DNA of 27,680 bases from Fidelibacterota bacterium (lineage in GTDB: Bacteria; Fidelibacterota; Marinisomatia; Marinisomatales; TCS55): contig JAPNQO010000067.1 of NCBI GenBank assembly GCA_027251445.1, forward strand, positions 1-27,680, given 5' to 3'. Both the position numbers and the translations under genes were made by a program. The notes under the pieces are model-generated. The model was not told where the DNA came from, ran no database searches, and worked only from the letters and a program-made list of their open reading frames with translations. Below, one piece after another: positions 9,615 through 17,965 of the stretch; within the stretch, counting starts at the first letter, position 1, and every line of letters starts with the position of its first letter.

Positions 9615-9735
9615 CTTCAATCCGAATAAAATTACTTATTTTCCATCCTTTTTCATTGAGTATACGTTTGATACTTATCAAAATAATTCCAATTAATACA
9701 ATCCATATAATTCTAATTAGTGGGTGCATTTCCAT
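9601..9735 (-). CDS. Small single-TM protein, 44 aa (not in ORF track)
   Basis: MEMHPLIRIIWIVLIGIILISIKRILNEKGWKISNFIRIEDDEK; starts 5 nt after the upstream stop and overlaps the start of the next gene, filling the gap. Confidence 0.7.
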   Translation of the reverse strand: MEMHPLIRIIWIVLIGIILISIKRILNEKGWKISNFIRIEDDEK

Positions 9736-9740
9736 TGTAT

Positions 9741-10022
9741 TTATTCGTCTTCAATCCTTATCCATCCAAAATAATGATTTAATCCTCTAATGATTAGAAT
9801 AAGTAAAATAATAAAAAAAGCCTCAAAAGGTATATATTGAACTAAGCTTGGGAATATACCAGATAATAAAATAAAGACACCATAAAACAATGCGATAGGC
9901 ATTAAAGCATCTTGTCTTTTTACGTACAACTTTTCATTAAAGGATACACCATTCAATTCCGCCTTTTTTCGGGCTGATTTAATATTAAACATTTTGAATT
10001 GATTGTATAATTTTTTTATCAT
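9741..10022 (-). CDS. Small two-TM membrane protein, 93 aa
   Basis: Two hydrophobic segments; ends GWIRIEDE; ATG overlaps the upstream TGA (ATGA). Confidence 0.75.
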   Translation of the reverse strand: MIKKLYNQFKMFNIKSARKKAELNGVSFNEKLYVKRQDALMPIALFYGVFILLSGIFPSLVQYIPFEAFFIILLILIIRGLNHYFGWIRIEDE

Positions 10023-10183
10023 TTTGAATTAGAAAAGACTTTTTTGATTATTAAAAATAATGATAATATAAAATCATTTCTTGCAAGCAATCGACTACTA
10101 CAATTTGGACATTTTGATAGTAAAGAAACATATTCAACCATTTTAGTTCTTTTCCAAGAATGTGAGCACGATAAACATTTCAT
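10019..10183 (-). CDS. Small zinc-ribbon protein, 54 aa (not in ORF track)
   Basis: MKCLSCSHSWKRTKMVEYVSLLSKCPNCSSRLLARNDFILSLFLIIKKVFSNSK: CxxC-x18-CPxC; ATGA coupling to the next gene. Confidence 0.75.
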   Translation of the reverse strand: MKCLSCSHSWKRTKMVEYVSLLSKCPNCSSRLLARNDFILSLFLIIKKVFSNSK

Positions 10184-10255
10184 AGTATAATAATAACACC
10201 TTCATTTATTTTTTAAGATATTTTTCTGATAAAAAAGCTTGTTATAAATTGAAAT

Positions 10256-11053
10256 ATGAAAATTTATTATCCTGAACGGATTATTTGTTTAACTGAAGAA
10301 ACTACAGAAACTCTTTATTTGCTCGGAGAGCAAGATAGGATTATAGGTGTTTCTGGATTTACAGTACGTCCAGCTATTGCCAGAAAAGACAAACCTAAAA
10401 TTTCTACCTTTATAGATGCTAAAATTGATAAAATATGTGATTTAAAACCGGATTTAGTTATTGGCTTTTCAGATATACAGGGGAATATTGCAAAAGAATT
10501 AATTGAAAAAGGAATACCAGTTTGGATAAATAATTATAGGAGTGTCCAAGGTATAAAAAAAATGATATTTCAATTAGGTGTTTTAGTTGGAAGAAAACAG
10601 GAATCTCTTCAATTAATTCAACAAATAAATGATCAGATAGATTCTATTATAAAGAAAGTGGAAAAATGGGAAAATCAACCAAAAGTATATTTTGAGGAAT
10701 GGGATGATCCTATGATATCAGGCATAAAATGGGTTAGCGAAATTATTCAAATAGCAGGAGGAATTGATATATTTCCTGAATTACAAAATGAATCACTAGC
10801 TAAAAATAGGATTATTCATGAACCAGATTTAGTTGTCAAAAGAAATCCAGATATTATTATTGCATCATGGTGTGGGAAAAAATTTAAAAAAGATATAATG
10901 GTTGAACGTTATGGCTGGAAAGATATAGATGCGGTTATTAATGATAGAATATATGAAATAAAATCTGAAATTATTTTACAGCCAGGCCCAGCCAGCGTAA
11001 TAGATGGTTTAAAAATAATTCATAATTTGATTAATGATTGGTATAATAATTAA
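10256..11053 (+). CDS. Cobalamin/Fe-siderophore-type substrate-binding protein (BtuF-like)
   Basis: PERIICLTEETTETLYLLG..IIGVSGF, LKPDLVIG, VYFEEWDDPMISG..W, ILQPGP; no signal peptide. Confidence 0.85.
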   Translation: MKIYYPERIICLTEETTETLYLLGEQDRIIGVSGFTVRPAIARKDKPKISTFIDAKIDKICDLKPDLVIGFSDIQGNIAKELIEKGIPVWINNYRSVQGIKKMIFQLGVLVGRKQESLQLIQQINDQIDSIIKKVEKWENQPKVYFEEWDDPMISGIKWVSEIIQIAGGIDIFPELQNESLAKNRIIHEPDLVVKRNPDIIIASWCGKKFKKDIMVERYGWKDIDAVINDRIYEIKSEIILQPGPASVIDGLKIIHNLINDWYNN

Positions 11054-11538
11054 TTATTAATAGCTAATTCAGGGTATCTTTTTTCCACCTTACTAAAACT
11101 ATAATTTAAAGAATGTGTAAAAAAAAGATCACCAATTATCGTATTAACAAAAAAAGGCAATGCTAGCGTATAGCAACTAATAAATCCTGCAATCGTATTT
11201 GGATAGCCTAAAAGCCAAACGCCAAAATTTGTCAATAGAAAAAATATTGTTGAACTTGTAAGAATTGTACTGTTATTAATATTTTTTGAGTATATGCCTA
11301 AAAATGAAATGGCAATAAATGCTACATAAACAAATGGAAGCGTAGAATGAAACCCAAGAAAAATATCGCTTATAAACATGCATAATATGGGTACAATAAA
11401 TGCTAATCTTTTATCTCCAAACCGATGACCAGCAAAAAGGGCTATACCTGTTATAGGAGCCACATTAGGTGGGTGAGGGAGTAGCCTAGTAGCAACTGCT
11501 AATATCACCAAAGAAATAATTATCAAATTTCTATTCAT
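11050..11538 (-). CDS. DUF6580-family putative ECF S-component-like transporter
   Basis: TRLLPHPPNVAPITGIALF, SD..LG, SSTIFFLLTNFGVW, CYTLALPFF; about 6 TM helices. Confidence 0.8.
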   Translation of the reverse strand: MNRNLIIISLVILAVATRLLPHPPNVAPITGIALFAGHRFGDKRLAFIVPILCMFISDIFLGFHSTLPFVYVAFIAISFLGIYSKNINNSTILTSSTIFFLLTNFGVWLLGYPNTIAGFISCYTLALPFFVNTIIGDLFFTHSLNYSFSKVEKRYPELAINN

Positions 11539-11543
11539 ACTTT

Positions 11544-11571
11544 ATTATACCTTTATAAATAAAACTGTCAA
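11544..11571 (-). promoter_or_regulatory. Consensus sigma70 promoter, probably producing a leaderless mRNA
   Basis: Minus strand reads TTGACA-N16-TATAAT-AAAGT-ATG(11538); no SD sequence. Confidence 0.75.
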
Positions 11572-11761
11572 TATTATAAACAATAAATTAATCACAAGAT
11601 CATATGTTTGATAAATAAATTTCACTAAAAAATGATTAATTTTTGTTTTATGAATTTAAGTTATTTACAGTTTCTGTCATTATATGAAAAATGATTAGAA
11701 ATATTTATACTATTCAACCAAATTAGTAAACATTTATTTCTTGTAAATAATATATAAAACA

Positions 11762-12085
11762 ATGAAAGAGCATGATAAAAATATTAAAGGCTTTGATAGA
11801 TTAAACGATTTACTATTAGTGAATTTCTCTGATGGATCGGAGGTTATTATTCCACTAAAACGATTAAGAGATAGGTGTCCATGTGCTGGGTGTGAAGGTG
11901 AATCAGATGCCTTAGGAAACTTATATAAGCCTCCAGAACAACCTAAGACAGATTCTAGTTATGAATTAGTTCAAGTCCTTCCAGTTGGTTATTATGGATT
12001 GAAACCATTATGGGCAGATAATCATACTACAGGTATTTTCACTATAGATTTATTAATTCAATTATCAGAATCAGAAGATAATTAA
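11762..12085 (+). CDS. DUF971 (GBBH-like N-terminal) domain protein
   Basis: FSDG..LRDRCPCAGC..VGYYGL..W.D.H.TGIF. Confidence 0.88.
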   Translation: MKEHDKNIKGFDRLNDLLLVNFSDGSEVIIPLKRLRDRCPCAGCEGESDALGNLYKPPEQPKTDSSYELVQVLPVGYYGLKPLWADNHTTGIFTIDLLIQLSESEDN

Positions 12086-13791
12086 TATCCCATTTTGTGG
12101 ATTTGGTGTAATATTTGATCTACTAGCGTTTCTGGCTTATCATTACTTGAATTAATTACAATTTCAGCATTTCGTGGTTTTTCGTATGGGTCATCTATAC
12201 CTGTAAATTGTTTTAATATACCCTTGCGTGCTTTAGCATATAATCCTTTTGCATCTCTTTGCTCGCATACTTCTAATGGGGTGCTAACAAATATTTCAAT
12301 ATATCCTCCTAGAGGATCAATCATATTACGATTAAATTGACGGTCTAGTCTATATGGTGCAATAGGCGCACAAATTGCAATCCCACCATTTTTAGTTATT
12401 TCACTTGCAACAAACCCTATTCTTCGAACATTCAAAGATCGATGTTCTTTAGAAAATCCTAATTCACTTGAAAGATGCGTACGAACAATATCTCCATCTA
12501 GCAACGATACTGGCCGGCGACCTTCTTCAAGTAATTTTACAAGAAGACCATTTGCAAGAGTTGATTTACCTGATCCAGATAAACCTGTGAAGAAAATTGT
12601 AAAACCTCTATTTGAAAGAGAGGGACGTTGTTTTTGTAATTCTGAAATAACTTCTGGGTAAGAAAACCATTCTGGAATTTCTTTCCCTTCATCAAGTAAC
12701 TTGCGTAATTCTGTACCAGACACTGTTAAAGCGGTTAAATTTTTTGGAACTTCATCTACTCCAATAAAAGATTTTTTTTCTTTTACATAGACTAATTGTT
12801 TGAAAGGGATCATCTTTATCCCAAGTTCATTTGTGTTTGTATTTAACATTTCTTGGGCATCATATGGTCCATAAAATGGCGTATTATCCTTGTTTAATCC
12901 AGGGCTAGCATGATCTCTTCCAACAATAAAATAATTACATCCATAATTTTTTCGAATTATTGCATGCCATAACGCTTCTTTAGGTCCAGCCATTCGCATT
13001 GCCAAAGGTAACAAACTCAATGCAGCCATATTTTTAGGATATTTATTCATAATATGTTTGTAGCAACGAACCCTTGTATAATGATTTACATCTCCAGGCT
13101 TTGTAAGACCTACTACAGGATGTATTAATAATTTAGCATTTTTTTCATTTAAAGCTCTTTTGGTTAATTCAATATGGGCCCGATGCATAGGGTTCCGGGT
13201 TTGAAATGCTATGATATCTTTCCAACCCCAATTATCAAAACTTTCTCTAAGTTCTTGAGGTGTGTGCCTTAACTGTGGGTAATCATAATGCTTAGGATAA
13301 TGAATCCCTTTCAACGTACCACCAACATAGGTAGAGTGCGTTTCATTTAATAAAGTATTTACTCCAGGATGAAATATATCTGTTGTTTGATAAATTTGTT
13401 GAGCTTCTTTTTCTTTATCCGGAGTCCATATATCACCAATAGTTAAAATAGCAATTACAAACCCTTCCTTATCTCTAAGCGCTATTTCCTCATTGATTTC
13501 CAATGTATCAACAAGTTCATCATTAATATCTAATGTAATAGGAATTGGCCACAGAAGGTTATTTTCTAATCTCATTTTTTCACAAACCGAATTATAATCT
13601 TTACGATTCATAAAACCATCGAGAGGTGAGAATCCTCCATTTAATATCATTTCAATATCACATAATTGTCGATCAGATAAAGTCCATGATTTTAATTGAA
13701 GAATATCTTTGTTAAACTTATTTAGATATTTTTCATCTTGCATAAGATTACAAAGTTTTTCACCGTGGGGTGTTATAATTGAATTTGACAA
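12082..13791 (-). CDS. sat: Bifunctional sulfate adenylyltransferase / adenylyl-sulfate kinase
   Basis: FQTRNPMHRAH and IVGRDHA (ATP sulfurylase); FTGLSGSGKST and LLDGDIVR (CysC-type APS kinase); TTG start. Confidence 0.95.
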   Translation of the reverse strand: MSNSIITPHGEKLCNLMQDEKYLNKFNKDILQLKSWTLSDRQLCDIEMILNGGFSPLDGFMNRKDYNSVCEKMRLENNLLWPIPITLDINDELVDTLEINEEIALRDKEGFVIAILTIGDIWTPDKEKEAQQIYQTTDIFHPGVNTLLNETHSTYVGGTLKGIHYPKHYDYPQLRHTPQELRESFDNWGWKDIIAFQTRNPMHRAHIELTKRALNEKNAKLLIHPVVGLTKPGDVNHYTRVRCYKHIMNKYPKNMAALSLLPLAMRMAGPKEALWHAIIRKNYGCNYFIVGRDHASPGLNKDNTPFYGPYDAQEMLNTNTNELGIKMIPFKQLVYVKEKKSFIGVDEVPKNLTALTVSGTELRKLLDEGKEIPEWFSYPEVISELQKQRPSLSNRGFTIFFTGLSGSGKSTLANGLLVKLLEEGRRPVSLLDGDIVRTHLSSELGFSKEHRSLNVRRIGFVASEITKNGGIAICAPIAPYRLDRQFNRNMIDPLGGYIEIFVSTPLEVCEQRDAKGLYAKARKGILKQFTGIDDPYEKPRNAEIVINSSNDKPETLVDQILHQIHKMGY

Positions 13792-13923
13792 GAATTAGCT
13801 TTCTTAATTAATAAATTATGGTTACTTAATTATACAAATTATATGATATTGAAAATAATAGATTCAGTTTATTATTAATATTGTTGAGTTTTAGCTACAA
13901 TAATATGATTACAAAGGAAATTT

Positions 13924-15042
13924 ATGGAAAATAAGATAAAAGAATTAGTTTTACTTTTATTACTCATTATTATATCGTGTAAAGACAACTATACTTCTAA
14001 TAGTGATATAACTAAGGCTTATGTAGCCTTACAAGGTTCTGATAAAATAGCAGTAATTGATATAGAACGTGGCGAATTAATTGATGAAGTAAATGTTGAT
14101 TTTATAAACACAGGAGATCGACCTCATTATATTGTAATTGATGAGATACACCGTAGATGGTATGTTACTTTAATATCTTCTGGATATGTTTGCAAATTTG
14201 ATTTAGATACAGATCAATTGTTAGACTCTGTTTTTGTTGGGAACCAGCCTGCACTAATGGATATAGATCGCGAAAGACAGATTTTATATGTATCACGCTT
14301 TATGCCAATGCCAAGCATGAATATGAATGGCACTAGCTCTCAACTTATCCATAAAATAGATGCTCAATCCATGCAGATTTTAGATGTAGAGGATATTGGA
14401 GCTTCTTCACCGCACGGAATAGCACTAAGTGAAGATGGATCTACATTGTGGGTTGCAAGCAATGAAGCTTCTCATTTTTTTAAAATTCCTACATCAACTT
14501 TTGGGCCCTATAATTATCAAGCGCAAAATTTTCAATTAGGATTTGATGTGCCGGTCAATTATGAAATTAAAGATAATATTTACAATGCCTTGGAGATTAT
14601 TTTAAATAATGATAATAGCCAGCTTTTTGTTTCCTGCTCAGGTACAGGTGAAGTAAGAGTTTTTGATACAGCAAATGGAGACAGTGTAAATTATTTTCCT
14701 ACTGGATCAATGCCTTGGCACATGGCAATATCAAAAGATGATAGATATCTTTATACAACAAATAGAATGTCAAATAATGTGGTCCAAACAGATCTTACGA
14801 ATGGAGATAGTAAAACATTTACTGTTGATAATCTAATTATGCCTCATGGCATCGCACTTACTGAAGACGATAGTAAATTATTGATTGGATCATCCATGGG
14901 AGATGCTGTATATATTGTTGATGCTCAATCAATGACGTTATTACACAGTATATTTTTTACAGATATAAATATGAATATGGATGGAGATATGAATATGAAC
15001 AGTATGCACATGCCAACAGGGTTGGCTATAGTTCAGGAATAA
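13924..15042 (+). CDS. YVTN/YncE-family beta-propeller lipoprotein with Met-rich loops
   Basis: Lipobox IISC; repeated P-H-G-I-A-L...DG..L.V blades; MPMPSMNMNG and MNMDGDMNMNSMHM; AAGGA RBS. Confidence 0.82.
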   Translation: MENKIKELVLLLLLIIISCKDNYTSNSDITKAYVALQGSDKIAVIDIERGELIDEVNVDFINTGDRPHYIVIDEIHRRWYVTLISSGYVCKFDLDTDQLLDSVFVGNQPALMDIDRERQILYVSRFMPMPSMNMNGTSSQLIHKIDAQSMQILDVEDIGASSPHGIALSEDGSTLWVASNEASHFFKIPTSTFGPYNYQAQNFQLGFDVPVNYEIKDNIYNALEIILNNDNSQLFVSCSGTGEVRVFDTANGDSVNYFPTGSMPWHMAISKDDRYLYTTNRMSNNVVQTDLTNGDSKTFTVDNLIMPHGIALTEDDSKLLIGSSMGDAVYIVDAQSMTLLHSIFFTDINMNMDGDMNMNSMHMPTGLAIVQE

Positions 15043-15045
15043 TAA

Positions 15046-15792
15046 CTATTTAGTCTTTGCTTGATTTTTTACGGAAGAAATAGCCTTTTCAATTTCTTCC
15101 TGATTTCCTAGATAATAACTTTTTACAGGTTTTAATTTATTATTTAATTCATAAATGAGAGGTATTCCTGTTGGTATATTGAAACTAACAATATCTTTAT
15201 CAGAAATATTATCAAGATGTTTAACTAAGGCACGCAAAGAGTTACCATGCGCTACTATCATAATTTTTTTACCATCCTGCAATGATGGTTCTATTTTTTC
15301 CCTCCAGTACGGCAAAAATCTATTGACTGCATCTTTTAGGCATTCAGATAATGGAATATCATTTTTATCCATATGTGAGTAGTTAGAATCATTACCTGAC
15401 CAACGAGGGTCAGATATCTGTAATTGTGGAGGAGGAGTATCATAACTTCGACGCCATAGCAGTACTTGCTCATCCCCATATTTTTTTGCTGTTTCAGCTT
15501 TATTTAACCCCTGAAGAGCTCCATAGTGACGTTCATTTAACCTCCAGCTATATTCAATTGGAACATTTTTAATTTTCATTTCAGTTAAACAAATTTTCAT
15601 AGTTCTAATAGCTCTTTTCAAAACAGATGTATAAATAAGGTCAAATTCAAAAAAATTATTTTTTAAAACTTTACCAGCACTTTTTGCTTCTGACTCGCCT
15701 TTTTTAGTTAAATCGACATCTGTCCAACCTGTGAAACGATTTTCCAAATTCCATTGGCTCTCACCATGTCTTAATAAAACAAGTTTTATCAT
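15046..15792 (-). CDS. gpmA: 2,3-bisphosphoglycerate-dependent phosphoglycerate mutase
   Basis: [35 protein letters not shown]. Confidence 0.97.
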   Translation of the reverse strand: MIKLVLLRHGESQWNLENRFTGWTDVDLTKKGESEAKSAGKVLKNNFFEFDLIYTSVLKRAIRTMKICLTEMKIKNVPIEYSWRLNERHYGALQGLNKAETAKKYGDEQVLLWRRSYDTPPPQLQISDPRWSGNDSNYSHMDKNDIPLSECLKDAVNRFLPYWREKIEPSLQDGKKIMIVAHGNSLRALVKHLDNISDKDIVSFNIPTGIPLIYELNNKLKPVKSYYLGNQEEIEKAISSVKNQAKTK

Positions 15793-15879
15793 TTAAATTC
15801 CCAAAAAGAAGTTCGATCAAAACTATTATTCTTCAAAATGACAAAATATATTTAAGTAAAGAAATTGGAGAGATTATTT

Positions 15880-16449
15880 ATGAATGAACATGTTGCGGTA
15901 AATGATTTTGTACGCCGTCAAAAGGAAGGATCTGGAAAATCTTTTACAAATGCATTATCATTTAAAGAAATTGCTAATCATGCTGAACAACAAATGGCAT
16001 TAGGTTTTTTTAAAGAAGGTTACCGGAGTGGTGTCCGAATAATTGATGTTGATTCAAGCTTAACTCACAAATTTATTTGTCCATTTGTAAAAATTAACCC
16101 CAAAACAAAATTAACCGCTAAATATGTTCAAAGAACAGAAAATGAAAATTTTTACATTCAAATAAGAGCAAAAAATGGGGAATTACTTCCTGCGGAAAAA
16201 GTAGAATTAATCTTATATCATCATGATGTTTTATCTGAAAATGATGAACAAACAACAGAATGTGAATGGGAGTTGATAAGTTTTCACGCACTACCTAAAG
16301 GTGTTGATTTTATGCCAATGGGTCCAGTAACTATGATGAGAAATCAATTAGAATTATCAGGTGGGACAAAAGGACATTATGAAAGTGAAGAGTGGGCAAA
16401 ATCTGTAGATTTTTGGCAACAATATGTTGTTTTAGAAACTAATAATTAA
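15880..16449 (+). CDS. DUF3228-family protein
   Basis: EGYRSGVR, PMGPVTMMRNQL..GG...W..SVDFW. ATG at 15880 follows GGAG; the track's TTG start lies within that RBS. Confidence 0.75.
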   Translation: MNEHVAVNDFVRRQKEGSGKSFTNALSFKEIANHAEQQMALGFFKEGYRSGVRIIDVDSSLTHKFICPFVKINPKTKLTAKYVQRTENENFYIQIRAKNGELLPAEKVELILYHHDVLSENDEQTTECEWELISFHALPKGVDFMPMGPVTMMRNQLELSGGTKGHYESEEWAKSVDFWQQYVVLETNN

Positions 16450-17879
16450 TGATTACCAAAATAAAAAACCCATTTATGCCCATGTGCTTTGCTGCTTTTG
16501 CAGGAGGAATGGGATGGGGTATAAGGGGACAATACGGCCATGAAACCGGAGCAATGTTAGCTGGATTATTAGTTGCGTTAGTTCTTGTTTATTTTTTTGC
16601 ACATCACTTTAGTGCTATAGATATGGCAAAAGCAGTAGCGCTTGCTACCGTTGCCATTGGTTTTGGAGGATCAATGACATATGGTCAGACATTAGGTTTA
16701 ACTCAAGATACTCCTCTATTAGGAAATTTTGCTGCATTACGTTGGGGGCTGACAGGAACGTTTATCAAAGGTTCTATTTGGATTGGTTTCTTTGGTTTAT
16801 TTTTAGGATTGGGGTTGGGTGGTAAAAAATATTCATTAATAGAAATTTTATTAATCCTATTTGTATCAATTTTCTTTTTATATCTTGGTATATATATACT
16901 AAATGAACCATTTAATCCTGCTAATAAAAAATTACCTTTTTTATATTTTTCAGATGATTGGTATTGGGAGCCAGACAATAACTTAAAGCCAAGAAGAGAA
17001 CAATGGGGTGGCTTGTTTTTCGCCCTCCTTTTTTTATTTTCATATATATCAATAGTAAAAAAAGATATTTTAGCTAGAAATATGACATTATGGGGTCTTC
17101 TGGCAGGAGGGGTTGGTTTTACACTAGGACAATGTGTACAAGCTTATCATGCATGGAATGCGAATGAAATCAAAAATGGAATTCTTTCTAATATATATCC
17201 ATATATAAACTGGTGGAATATGATGGAAATAACATTTGGTGCTATTTTTGCATTTATTATTGCGCTTGGGCTATGGTATAATAAGCATCATATTTCTCCA
17301 AAGAAAAACAATGCATCATTTCAACTTGACGCTAAGGCAGAATTAGGCCTATTGGCAGTACATATTGTTGCTCTTTTAACTTGGAATTTTACATCTTTTT
17401 CCACATTTGATTGGTTTGCAGATCGTGCAATCACCATGGGAATTATTCCTATTGTTGCAATTATGGGAGGGAAAATTTGGCCCTATCTCATTTGTCTACC
17501 TATTACAGCACTACCAATTGCAGGCAAAACAGTACGGTATTTAGTTTATAGGACTAATGATGTTTCATTAATAATTGGATGGATAATATATTTTATAATT
17601 CCCCTAATTTTAATTACTTGGCTTTCTATAAAATTTATAAAAGCTCAAAAAAATTATTCAAATGGGATTATCTTTCTAAAATTAAATGTATTCATAAATA
17701 CTATTTTTTATTTTTATATGAACTGGGCCTTCTTTAATTGGCCCTGGCCATGGAACGATTGGACAGGACGAACACCAAGTGGAATTATCTTTATTTTTTG
17801 TACTATTAATATATTATTTTTAATTAAATATTATAAACCTGATAAAAATCAATGGGAATTTAGAAGTCATTTAAAATGA
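16449..17879 (+). CDS. Polytopic membrane protein of unknown function
   Basis: About 13-14 TM segments; GWGIRGQYGHETGA, GFGGSMTYGQT, NWWNMME; TAATG coupling to the upstream gene. Confidence 0.8.
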   Translation: MITKIKNPFMPMCFAAFAGGMGWGIRGQYGHETGAMLAGLLVALVLVYFFAHHFSAIDMAKAVALATVAIGFGGSMTYGQTLGLTQDTPLLGNFAALRWGLTGTFIKGSIWIGFFGLFLGLGLGGKKYSLIEILLILFVSIFFLYLGIYILNEPFNPANKKLPFLYFSDDWYWEPDNNLKPRREQWGGLFFALLFLFSYISIVKKDILARNMTLWGLLAGGVGFTLGQCVQAYHAWNANEIKNGILSNIYPYINWWNMMEITFGAIFAFIIALGLWYNKHHISPKKNNASFQLDAKAELGLLAVHIVALLTWNFTSFSTFDWFADRAITMGIIPIVAIMGGKIWPYLICLPITALPIAGKTVRYLVYRTNDVSLIIGWIIYFIIPLILITWLSIKFIKAQKNYSNGIIFLKLNVFINTIFYFYMNWAFFNWPWPWNDWTGRTPSGIIFIFCTINILFLIKYYKPDKNQWEFRSHLK

Positions 17880-17965
17880 AATTCTAAGGGCTATTTTGAA
17901 ACTTAAAGGGCTTAAAATAGCAACGAAATGAATGATTACACTTATTGCGTTGGTAGAATATTTAA

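Noticed and set aside
10023..10255. Cobalamin riboswitch upstream of the BtuF-like gene
   Set aside because: No B12-box or GC-rich stems; most of the gap is the zinc-ribbon ORF on the opposite strand.
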